This document shows, in pieces, positions 1-7,442 of a stretch of 34,141 nucleotides of DNA. This DNA comes from Klebsiella phage ST147-VIM1phi7.1. Each line of letters starts with the position of its first letter. Within the stretch, counting starts at the first letter, position 1. The translations under genes were made by a program, and so were the position numbers. The notes below the pieces were generated by a model. The model did no database searches and was not told where the DNA came from. It saw only the letters and a program-made list of their open reading frames with translations. Where the stretch lies: the sequence record MK416018.1, one strand, 5' to 3'.

Positions 1-36
1 GGTATCCCTACCGCGACATCTCGTGGTGGAGGTTGT

Positions 37-477
37 GTGGATAGAGAGTTGAGAGAGCTCGTCATGATTGAGCGTGTCGAAATGATTGCGCGTCTGACGG
101 CTGAAGGTACTTGTCAGGAGCGAGACCGAGAAATTGCCTTAAATTTGATTGCGGAAATAGCAAAAGGCAACCTAATGAAAAACAATAATTTTTCCGTTGT
201 TTTTTCCGCTCTGCCTGTCGATGAGACTTTTGCAAAGGAGGGCAAGGTGAAGGTAAATATCACGTTAGATAAAGACCAAAAAATAGGCCAGCCGGTAATT
301 GATGCTTTTCAATGCGAATTGACCAAGCGAATACAGTCTGTTTTCCCGTCAACGCGCGTAACGGTTAAAAAGGGATCTATGACCGGTGTCGAGCTGATGG
401 GGTTCGATAAAGATTCTGACCGAGAGGCGCTTGATAGTATCCTTCAGGAAGTGTGGGAGGATGAGAGCTGGCGTTAA
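37..477 (+). CDS. Tum-like SOS antirepressor with DinI-like C-terminal domain (frame open to window start; start may be GTG 37, ATG 64, or upstream)
   Basis: The C-terminal ~80 aa (ELTKRIQSVFPS...VTVKKG...ALDSILQEVWEDESW) matches the DinI signature (E. coli DinI: ELSRRIQYAFPD...VSVRY...ISEILQETWESADDW). Total length of 146 aa and a position just upstream of cos match phage 186 Tum. Confidence 0.55.
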   Translation: MDRELRELVMIERVEMIARLTAEGTCQERDREIALNLIAEIAKGNLMKNNNFSVVFSALPVDETFAKEGKVKVNITLDKDQKIGQPVIDAFQCELTKRIQSVFPSTRVTVKKGSMTGVELMGFDKDSDREALDSILQEVWEDESWR

Positions 478-479
478 TG

Positions 480-690
480 TATTGTGCTCATGGTGCTTCT
501 CATCGAAAAAGTGTAATTAAATTTTTCATTATGTAATTGTATATTAAATATTCTATTATGAGAAAATGTTATAAGTCATCACTCCTAAGCGAAGCGGATA
601 TCTTGTTATGATGCGTTCATTGGTTAGTTAGTGAGATAAGTCGCCACCAATTGGGTATTTATTACCCGTGGAAAGCAGATGCTTTCTAAC
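480..690 (+). promoter_or_regulatory. AT-rich intergenic region, putative promoter region for the downstream retron-like operon
   Basis: About 30% GC, lying between the Tum stop and a structured GC-richer region. Called from sequence composition only. Confidence 0.3.
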
Positions 691-699
691 ATTTACCCC

Positions 700-900
700 G
701 CGCAACGCCTCTGAGCACCGAAGCGACGCAGCTCGCAAGAGTCATCGCAGGTCCAGATGGTATGGCGTATGGGTATTCGAACCCTTTGGGCGACCAAGGG
801 TTCGTGGAGCAGGGGGCTAGTGCTGTTCAATCTCATCCTTATGAGGGCGAACCATGGTGCTTGAGCAAACATCCGTTTGCACACCGTGGGCATAAGGAAA
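700..900 (+). ncRNA. Candidate retron ncRNA (msr/msd) or structured leader; boundaries uncertain
   Basis: Two strong hairpins lie here. One is at 777-803 (9 bp + 2 bp stem, GCGA tetraloop). The other is at 837-897 (7-bp closing stem ccttatg/cataagg plus an inner ~8-bp stem). Both sit upstream of an operon encoding a retron-type RT. The six-frame ORFs here (693-893 minus, 762-904 plus) have non-protein-like composition. Confidence 0.3.
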
Positions 901-904
901 AAGT

Positions 905-1061
905 CATGAAGAATGATAAAGTAACCAACGAACAGCAGGCGCAGAGCAAGTCAAACCGGAAAAAGTGGGCTGCTTATGCGTGGGAAGCGATCAAGTGGGG
1001 TATTCGACTGTTTGATTTAATCACACGATTAGTAAACTATTTTGAAGGGGGAGATGAGTAA
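905..1061 (+). CDS. Small Trp-rich amphipathic protein (51 aa), unknown function
   Basis: Strong SD (AAGGA at 894-898, 6 nt before the ATG at 905). Product MKNDKVTNEQQAQSKSNRKKWAAYAWEAIKWGIRLFDLITRLVNYFEGGDE. Lies in-operon upstream of the HTH-RT pair. Confidence 0.4.
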
Positions 1062-1085
1062 TGCGTCCTCCCTAGTTTCAATAGC

Positions 1086-1406
1086 ATGGAGTTGCCTATG
1101 TTACATAAAGCCCTTCGTTTAATAAGGCAATACCATAAAGAATCAATAGTTGAATTATCAACATCTTTGGGTATTCCAAAAGAAAAAATAGTAGAACTTG
1201 AAAGCGGAGTTTGGTCGCCGTCGATTGAAGTTTTACAGCGTTATGCATCTCATTTTGACATACCAGTATCTTCCTTAGTGTTTTTTTCAGAATCATTAGG
1301 TACTCAAGGGCGTTTGTCTAAGAGTTTACGCTTAAATTTAGCAGGTAAAGTTCTGGATATCGTAGAGTGGGTAAGTAATAAAAATGAAAAAACGGAAAAA
1401 GCTTAA
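1086..1406 (+). CDS. XRE-family helix-turn-helix protein (retron accessory candidate)
   Basis: Classical HTH_XRE segment (IVELSTSLGIPKEKIVELESGVWSPSIEVLQRYASHFDI). The 3' end overlaps the RT start by 23 nt, suggesting translational coupling. Alternative start at ATG 1101. Confidence 0.7.
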   Translation: MELPMLHKALRLIRQYHKESIVELSTSLGIPKEKIVELESGVWSPSIEVLQRYASHFDIPVSSLVFFSESLGTQGRLSKSLRLNLAGKVLDIVEWVSNKNEKTEKA

Positions 1407-2334
1407 GATCTCCACTAAAAATAAATCTTATGACGTAAAGGATTCGCCATTTTATAAGCTCAAAACCAAAAAAAAACTTGCCGGACTTCTTTGCGTTAGT
1501 GTGAATGATTTATCTATTTTGAGAAAAGACGAAGGTAATTACTCTGTTTTTGAACAGCTGTCTAAAAAAGGCAAGCCACGAAAAATACAAAAGCCTTTAG
1601 AGAAATTAGATGTAGTGCATACGCGAATTGCGAGTTTATTATCGCGCATTGCGTTACCAGAATATCTGCATTCAGGTAGAAAAAAGTGTTCTAATGTAAC
1701 GAATGCTAAAGCTCATCTTAACCATGAAAAGATGATGACAACTGATATTAAGGCCTTTTTCCCTTCAACAACAAGGGTAATGATATTTTCATTTTTCTTT
1801 TCAGTGATGAAAACGTCATCTGACGTTGCTGATATTTTGTCGCACATATGCACCTGTCATGACCGGTTGCCAACAGGAAGTCGGATTAGTATGCCTTTGG
1901 CCTACTTTGCAAACTCTAGAATGTTTAGTGAAATGTATGAGCTTTGCCAAAAATTAACAGTTAACATGACTGTTTATGTTGATGATCTGACTTTTTCTGG
2001 CGCTAACGTAAATCGATTATTCTGTGCTGTGATTCGTAAGGTTATCTGCAAGCATGGGCATACTATGCATCCTGATAAAACAAGATTATATGCTAAAGAC
2101 CAACCCAAGTTGGTAACTGGAGTTATTGTATTAGGTGACTGTTTGAAAGTTAGAAATGAGCAACATCGCCTAATGGCTAGAGATATTGAGTATTGGAAAA
2201 TAATTAAAGATGTGGAAAGTGCTAAAGAAACATCGATTGCAAAAACACTCTTTGGTCGTTTGCATTCAATGGGAGTTATTGAACAACGGTATAAATCGAA
2301 AGTCCTCACTTTAAAGTTTAATACCGCAAATTAA
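1384..2334 (+). CDS. Retron-type reverse transcriptase (316 aa)
   Basis: RT motifs are present. These are N-terminal LAGLLCVSVNDLSIL, KKGKPRKIQKP (cf. retron KKsGGxRxIxxP), NAKAHLNHEKMMTTDIKAFFPS (motif 1-2), LPTGSRISMPLAYFANS (motif 4-like) and YVDDLTFSG (YxDD). It also has HPDKTRL and the retron-specific VTG box (KLVTGVIVLG). Its size matches Ec86-class RTs. Confidence 0.85.
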   Translation: MKKRKKLKISTKNKSYDVKDSPFYKLKTKKKLAGLLCVSVNDLSILRKDEGNYSVFEQLSKKGKPRKIQKPLEKLDVVHTRIASLLSRIALPEYLHSGRKKCSNVTNAKAHLNHEKMMTTDIKAFFPSTTRVMIFSFFFSVMKTSSDVADILSHICTCHDRLPTGSRISMPLAYFANSRMFSEMYELCQKLTVNMTVYVDDLTFSGANVNRLFCAVIRKVICKHGHTMHPDKTRLYAKDQPKLVTGVIVLGDCLKVRNEQHRLMARDIEYWKIIKDVESAKETSIAKTLFGRLHSMGVIEQRYKSKVLTLKFNTAN

Positions 2335-2410
2335 AATATTGAATGCAGTGGGTGTACGTCAATTAAAAAATTGATGAGTTAGGTTCGGTATGGATAACTC
2401 ATTATGATAA

Positions 2411-2448
2411 CCCGGCCAGCACTGAAAACGGTTTCAGTGCTGGCCGGG
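2411..2448. terminator. Perfect 17-bp stem / 4-nt loop hairpin between convergent genes (possible bidirectional terminator)
   Basis: Sequence cccggccagcactgaaa-acgg-tttcagtgctggccggg. Lies between the RT stop (2334) and the minus-strand gene stop (2473). No clean U-tract on either side. Confidence 0.4.
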
Positions 2449-2472
2449 TTGAACAACGAGTCCTGCGAGGCG

Positions 2473-2904
2473 TTAGCTTGTTACCAGATTAACACCGAGT
2501 GTCAGCAAATTCGTCACCGCACCTGCAATGACTCCTGGGGTTCCATCCTTCACCGCACTGATAATCTTATCGCCCATCGTTTCATTACCGCCAAGCGCCT
2601 CAGGCTTTTTGTTGAGCACGGCGAGAGCTTTCTCGGTCAGACGCACATCCATAAAATACGTTTGATGGTCGGTTTCATACTGGATGTATCCATTTTCACC
2701 AAGAAAAGTGAATGTACCTTCAACCACACTACGCAATTGATTTATTGCTTTCATTTCCGGTGAGTTAAGTTGGTTAAAGTAGTCATCGGGTAGTGCTGCG
2801 TTAAATTTTTCGTAGGTGATGACTTGCGGAACGGGAAAGTTATCCCATAGCACCGCAAAGATTTCCGCCGTCTGTTGGTTAAATAAATCGAGGTTTTTAG
2901 ACAT
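2473..2904 (-). CDS. Hypothetical protein (143 aa) with Gly-rich hydrophobic C-terminus
   Basis: Protein-like composition on the minus strand. Start MSKNLDLFNQQ... at 2904, though the ORF is open up to 2979. C-terminus ...GTPGVIAGAVTNLLTLGVNLVTS. No homolog recognised. Confidence 0.55.
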   Translation of the reverse strand: MSKNLDLFNQQTAEIFAVLWDNFPVPQVITYEKFNAALPDDYFNQLNSPEMKAINQLRSVVEGTFTFLGENGYIQYETDHQTYFMDVRLTEKALAVLNKKPEALGGNETMGDKIISAVKDGTPGVIAGAVTNLLTLGVNLVTS

Positions 2905-3097
2905 GCAAAATTCCATTTCTAGTGAGGATAAGTGGGTTAAGCGCTGGTCGAAGCACATTACCTGTCTGGCGCAGAACAATGACCTTAGTTCACGAGAGGT
3001 CGACAGCTATACCGCTAAGCTGGTCGAACAGGCAAGCAGCGAAGAGCTAGGCAAGGTCATTAAAGACCTACTGAATCACATCAGAATGCAAAAATAA
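2903..3097 (+). CDS. Small hypothetical protein (64 aa)
   Basis: ATG at 2903 is back-to-back with the minus-strand start (acATG). Hydrophilic product MQNSISSEDKWVKRW... Followed by the 3114 ORF and a plus-strand terminator. Weak SD. Confidence 0.3.
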   Translation: MQNSISSEDKWVKRWSKHITCLAQNNDLSSREVDSYTAKLVEQASSEELGKVIKDLLNHIRMQK

Positions 3098-3113
3098 AAG
3101 GATCTTTATCAAT

Positions 3114-3215
3114 ATGTTACCTCTCATTTATGAAAATCCGTGGACAACTGTTTTTCTGCTGATTGTTACCAGCGTGTGTCTCAACAGTATCATTGGCACA
3201 TTACGCGGCCAGTAA
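3114..3215 (+). CDS. 33-aa hydrophobic peptide (single predicted TM helix)
   Basis: MLPLIYENPWTTVFLLIVTSVCLNSIIGTLRGQ. AAGGA lies 11 nt upstream. A canonical intrinsic terminator follows immediately. Confidence 0.4.
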   Translation: MLPLIYENPWTTVFLLIVTSVCLNSIIGTLRGQ

Positions 3216-3237
3216 CTTCACAGAAGCGCCCCTAACC

Positions 3238-3264
3238 GGCAACCTGAATGCCGGTTTTTTTATG
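3238..3264 (+). terminator. Rho-independent terminator
   Basis: ccggca-acctgaa-tgccgg followed by ttttttt. Confidence 0.6.
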
Positions 3265-3421
3265 CCATTTCCCCGCGATTTTTCCGTTTCTTAGTCGTGC
3301 ATGCATTAAGTGCATCATTCTGCATGCGTGTTTACTCCATTTTTGTGACGATCGCCGCCAGAGCTGGCGCGGATCCGATGACCTGTTGCAGTTGCATTAA
3401 TTCCTACCCACGAAGCGGGCA

Positions 3422-3440
3422 GGCGAGGCGGGGAAAGCAC
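3422..3440. other. cos: P2-type cos site (19-nt cohesive end)
   Basis: Exact match, as recalled, to the P2 cohesive end GGCGAGGCGGGGAAAGCAC. It lies just downstream of the portal gene, as in P2/186. Confidence 0.6.
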
Positions 3441-3578
3441 TGCGCGCCAGCGTACTTTTGCGCATTTATTTTCGCAACCTGAGCGCGTCGCTGCGCCGCG
3501 CGGATTCGCGAGGGTGTCGGTGGGAGATGCGGAGGCGTTCGAGGGCGTGGCGGGCTTTTGAGGCGGTCAGGCGTGGGG

Positions 3579-3604
3579 GTAAGAAAAAGCCGCCCGGAGG
3601 CGGC
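3579..3604 (-). terminator. Rho-independent terminator of the Q-P late operon
   Basis: Minus-strand hairpin gccgcc-tccg-ggcggc followed by tttttctt, 6 nt after the Q stop. Confidence 0.5.
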
Positions 3605-3609
3605 GGAAA

Positions 3610-4653
3610 TCAGTCACTTTCGGTGTCGAGGGTGTAACTTTTGAACCGGATCACCTCCTGACCGACCCACTCGTTGACCTCTCGCATTCTGTCCTGTAAC
3701 GGGATGAGCTCGTTACGAACAAACACTTTTGCCACCTTTTCGATGTCACCGAGCGAGCCGACGTTTTCCGGCTTGCCGCCCATCAGTTGGAACGGGATGC
3801 GGTGAGCGTCGAGCAGGTCGGCGGCGCTGACTTTTTTGATATTGAAGAAATCGTCTTTCGTTGCCACCTCACTAAGCGGCACAATTTTTATGCCGTCCGG
3901 TTTTCCGTGCGGTGCGTAGAAAAACAGATTTTTGAAGTTGCCGAGCCCCTTCGAACTGCGCATCGCATCGCGCAACGCCTCAACATCGGTACCGCTTTGC
4001 GCGGCGTCCGTCACATACATGATGTAACCTGCATGAGCTCCGTTCTGGTAATACTTGCGACGGAACAGCGTCGCCGCTTCATTCAGCCAGGCGGAGTTTA
4101 GCGCGCTGAGATATTCCGGCATGCCGTACAGCTCTTGGTTGATGTCTGGCTCCAGCAGGTGGAATACGGATCCCGGCGCGAACGGGTGCGGCTGGTCAAA
4201 TGACGGCACCCACCAGTAGACATCATCCTCAATACCACGCCGCGTGTATTTCGCCGGTGACGCTTCCAGCTTCAGCGGGTGACCGGTGACACTCTTTCGG
4301 AGCTCTAAAAACGCGTTGCCAAACACCAGAAAATCAAGCGCGAAGCGGCTGAAGTCCTGTTGTGACAGTAGCGGGTGCGGAATAAACGTTGAGGCCAGAA
4401 TGTTGCGCTTAACGTAAATCGGCGAGCTGTGATGAACGGCGGCACGCAGGCTTTTTGCCAGCCCGTTAAAGCTGACCGGTGGCTCGAACCAGCGACCATT
4501 ATTGACGCATTCCACGTAATCCAGAATATCGCGGCGGTCGAGCACGGCGCTCGGTTCACCAAAGGTAAACGCCTCCACTTTCTGGGGCGCGCTGTCTTTC
4601 ATGTTGCGCGGGCGCTGTTGTGGCTGCGGCTTGCGGCCTTTGTATTTACTCAT
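3610..4653 (-). CDS. Q: Portal protein (P2 gpQ-like)
   Basis: 347 aa against 344 aa for P2 Q. ATGA overlap with the upstream terminase gene. Synteny with P2. Confidence 0.9.
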   Translation of the reverse strand: MSKYKGRKPQPQQRPRNMKDSAPQKVEAFTFGEPSAVLDRRDILDYVECVNNGRWFEPPVSFNGLAKSLRAAVHHSSPIYVKRNILASTFIPHPLLSQQDFSRFALDFLVFGNAFLELRKSVTGHPLKLEASPAKYTRRGIEDDVYWWVPSFDQPHPFAPGSVFHLLEPDINQELYGMPEYLSALNSAWLNEAATLFRRKYYQNGAHAGYIMYVTDAAQSGTDVEALRDAMRSSKGLGNFKNLFFYAPHGKPDGIKIVPLSEVATKDDFFNIKKVSAADLLDAHRIPFQLMGGKPENVGSLGDIEKVAKVFVRNELIPLQDRMREVNEWVGQEVIRFKSYTLDTESD

Positions 4654-6422
4654 CAGTTGAACTCCAGAATGGACGATGTGGCCTGGCCGCTGCCAGCGGT
4701 CAGCGGTTCGTTTAACAGCGCGTGCATGGTCGCCCAGGCGACGTCCGCGTGACTGGCTTCCTCGGTGCGGCTGGCCTCATAGGTGGCGCTGCGCCCGCTG
4801 CTGGTCATGGTCTTGCGGATAGCCATAAACGAGGTGGTGATGTCGGTGGCGCTGACGTCATATTCGAGACAGCCACGGCGGATAACGTCCTTTGCTTTCA
4901 GCACCATTGCGGTTTTCATTTCCGGCGTGTAGCGGATATCGCGGGCGGCGGGATAAAACGAGCGAACCAGCTGGAAGACGCCAATACCGAGGCCGGTCGC
5001 ATCGATACCGATGTACTCGACGTTGTATTTCTCGGTGAGCTGGCGGATGGATTCGGCCTGCGTCGCAAAGTCCATGCCTTTCCACTGATGGCGCTCCAGA
5101 ATGCGAAACTTGCCCCCGGCGACAACCGGCGGCGCGAGCACCACACACCCGGCGCTGTCGCCGCTGTGCGACGGGTCGTATCCGACCCAGACCGGGCGGG
5201 AGCCGAACGGGTTGTCGGCGAACGGCGCAAAGTCTTCCCACTCTTCCAGACTGTCGACCATGCAGCGTTGCAAATCCTCGAACGGGAACACCGACGCTTT
5301 GTCGTCAACGAACTCGCACATAAACAGATTGCGGAAGTCGTCGACGCTGTTTTCGCGCTTGAGTTGCTCCAGATTGAACAGCGTACAGCCCCCGGCGAGC
5401 GCATCCTCAATGGTGACAATCTGCCGCCACTGACCGTCAGGACACGCCACGCCAGCGGCGAGCGCGTCATGACTGATATCGATGTCAACCCGCTCGCTGG
5501 CGCTGGCGCGGCCCCGGTTGAATAATTCCCCCGACCAGAACGGGTAAGCGCCGTGTGCCAGGGTGGAAGGTGTCGAAAAGTAGGTGCTGCGCAGGTGGCT
5601 TTGTGAGGCCATGCCCGACGACACTTTGCGTAGTTTCTGGAAGTTGGGGATCCAGAAAATTTCGTCGACATAAAGGTCGCCGTTGTGGCTCTGCGCGGTG
5701 TTTGAGTTGGTGCCGAGAAAAATCAGCTTAGCGCCGTTGTTGCCTATGACAATCGGGTCACCGGTCAGGTCGACATCGACCCGGCGGGCAAACTGAATGA
5801 TGTACTCGCGGAATACATACGCCTGCGTCTTACTCGCTGACAGGAAAATCTGGTTATGGCCGGTTTTCAGCGCATGCAGCAGCGCCTCGCGGGAAAAGTA
5901 GAACGTCGCCCCAATCTGGCGCGATTTCAGAATGTCGCGAATACGGTGCTCAAGCCCGGCGCGGTGCCAGCGGAGCTGATACTCGAAAGACTCCGCGAAA
6001 AAAATCTCTTCCAGTTTCTCGATAGCCTCGTCGCTGAAAAAGTTCTTTGTCGGCTTTTTGCGGTCGCCTTTGTTGCGGTTGGCCACATTGGGATTAAGGT
6101 CAACCTCATTTCCGGTCTGGCCATAGCGATTAATGCGCGCAAAGCGCTCCATCTGTCGGGCCAGAAAATCCGCCACCTTGAAATCGTGGGGTGTCAGGTT
6201 GGGCTTTGCGTAGAGCTGAATCAGCCGGGCCTCTAAGGTGCTTTCGACCCGGTTCAGCGGTGCGGTTTCCTCCCACTGGTCGCGCTGTTTCCAGCTCTGC
6301 ACCGTCGGGCGTTTGGTCTGCAACATTTCGGCAATCTGCGGCACGGAAAACCCCTGCCAGTACAGTAAAGCCGCCTGGCGTCGCGGGTCGTTTAATAAAG
6401 TGGTGTCGGTGGTGATGGTCAT
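4653..6422 (-). CDS. P: Terminase large subunit / ATPase (P2 gpP-like)
   Basis: 589 aa from MTITTDTTLLNDPRRQ (GAGG SD 5 nt upstream). P2 P is 590 aa. Divergent from O. Confidence 0.9.
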   Translation of the reverse strand: MTITTDTTLLNDPRRQAALLYWQGFSVPQIAEMLQTKRPTVQSWKQRDQWEETAPLNRVESTLEARLIQLYAKPNLTPHDFKVADFLARQMERFARINRYGQTGNEVDLNPNVANRNKGDRKKPTKNFFSDEAIEKLEEIFFAESFEYQLRWHRAGLEHRIRDILKSRQIGATFYFSREALLHALKTGHNQIFLSASKTQAYVFREYIIQFARRVDVDLTGDPIVIGNNGAKLIFLGTNSNTAQSHNGDLYVDEIFWIPNFQKLRKVSSGMASQSHLRSTYFSTPSTLAHGAYPFWSGELFNRGRASASERVDIDISHDALAAGVACPDGQWRQIVTIEDALAGGCTLFNLEQLKRENSVDDFRNLFMCEFVDDKASVFPFEDLQRCMVDSLEEWEDFAPFADNPFGSRPVWVGYDPSHSGDSAGCVVLAPPVVAGGKFRILERHQWKGMDFATQAESIRQLTEKYNVEYIGIDATGLGIGVFQLVRSFYPAARDIRYTPEMKTAMVLKAKDVIRRGCLEYDVSATDITTSFMAIRKTMTSSGRSATYEASRTEEASHADVAWATMHALLNEPLTAGSGQATSSILEFN

Positions 6423-6587
6423 GGATGCCTCGCCGTGATTGATACAGGGCAAGGCTAAAGAAACGGGTGATGCGAATCGCTAAGGTGCTGTTGTGTGAGG
6501 GATAAGCCATCCGGGATTGATAGCGGGTGGGCGGCGACGTCGGGAAACTAACCCCGACCCGTTAACCCGATATCAGGACTCCTGACA

Positions 6588-7442
6588 ATGGCAAAAAAAG
6601 TTTCAAAATGGTTTCGCATCGGCGTCGAAGGCGATACCTGTGACGGCCGCGTTATCAGCGCGACGGATATTCAGGAAATGGCTGAGACCTTTGACCCCCG
6701 CGTCTATGGTTGCCGCATTAACCTCGAACACCTGAAAGGCATCCTGCCGGATGGCCCGTTCAGCCGTTACGGCGATGTGGTTGAGCTGAAGTCTGAAAAG
6801 ATTGACGACGATTCGGTACTGAAAGGCAAGCTGGCGCTGTTCGCCAAAATCACCCCGACCGATGACCTGATCGCAATGAATAAAAAATTGCAGAAGGTCT
6901 ACACCTCAATGGAAATTCAGCCGAATTTCGCCAATAGCGGTAAATGCTACCTGGTCGGCCTCGCCGTGACCGATGACCCGGCCAGCCTTGGCACCGAATA
7001 CCTCGAATTTTGCCGGGGTGCCAAATTTAACCCCCTCAACCGCTTCAAAGCCGAGCCGGGCAACCTGATTTCCGTCGCCACCCTCGCCGAGCTGGAGTTT
7101 GAAGACCAGGCGGAAAATGTCTTTACCGCCCTGAGTGACAAAGTGAAAGCGATCTTCAGCCGCAAACAGGCCAGCGATGACGCCCGTTTTCAGGATGTGC
7201 ATGAAGCCGTGACGGCCGTCAGTGAACATGTGCAGGAAAACCTAACCGCCACTGAGCAGCGTCTTGCCACGCTGGAAAATGCCTTTGCGACGCTGAAACA
7301 GGACGTCACCACGAAGGCCGACCAGACCAGCCAGGCATTCAGCCAGTTAAAAACGTCGCTGGATAACACCGAAAGCACCGCGCAGCCACGCCGCAAGCTC
7401 TCCACCGGTGGCGGTGGCGATGAGCTGCTGACCGACTGCTAA
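6588..7442 (+). CDS. O: Capsid scaffold protein (P2 gpO-like)
   Basis: 284 aa, the same as P2 O. By position and synteny. Confidence 0.9.
   Translation: MAKKVSKWFRIGVEGDTCDGRVISATDIQEMAETFDPRVYGCRINLEHLKGILPDGPFSRYGDVVELKSEKIDDDSVLKGKLALFAKITPTDDLIAMNKKLQKVYTSMEIQPNFANSGKCYLVGLAVTDDPASLGTEYLEFCRGAKFNPLNRFKAEPGNLISVATLAELEFEDQAENVFTALSDKVKAIFSRKQASDDARFQDVHEAVTAVSEHVQENLTATEQRLATLENAFATLKQDVTTKADQTSQAFSQLKTSLDNTESTAQPRRKLSTGGGGDELLTDC

Noticed and set aside
693-1061. Six-frame ORFs 693-893 (minus, 66 aa) and the 5' part of 762-1061 (plus) upstream of position 905
   Set aside because: They overlap the two strong RNA hairpins and have Cys/His/Arg/Pro-rich, non-protein-like composition with no RBS. 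Only the portion from ATG 905, which has a strong SD, is kept as a candidate small CDS.
2404-2763. Plus-strand 119-aa ORF
   Set aside because: It is antisense to the better-composed minus-strand 143-aa gene. Its product is rich in C/H/R and it starts inside the 17-bp hairpin.
3297-3482. 61-aa ORF spanning the cos site
   Set aside because: It covers the cos cohesive-end sequence and GC-rich packaging repeats. It has no RBS and a low-complexity Ala/Arg/Cys product.
4722-6510. Multiple long ORFs on both strands within the terminase P gene (4722-5525 plus, 4858-5241 minus, 4916-5671 minus, 5856-6236 plus, 6130-6510 minus, etc.)
   Set aside because: They are alternate frames or antisense of a high-GC, well-conserved terminase gene. 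Their products are Arg/Ala/Pro-rich, typical of GC-rich off-frames.
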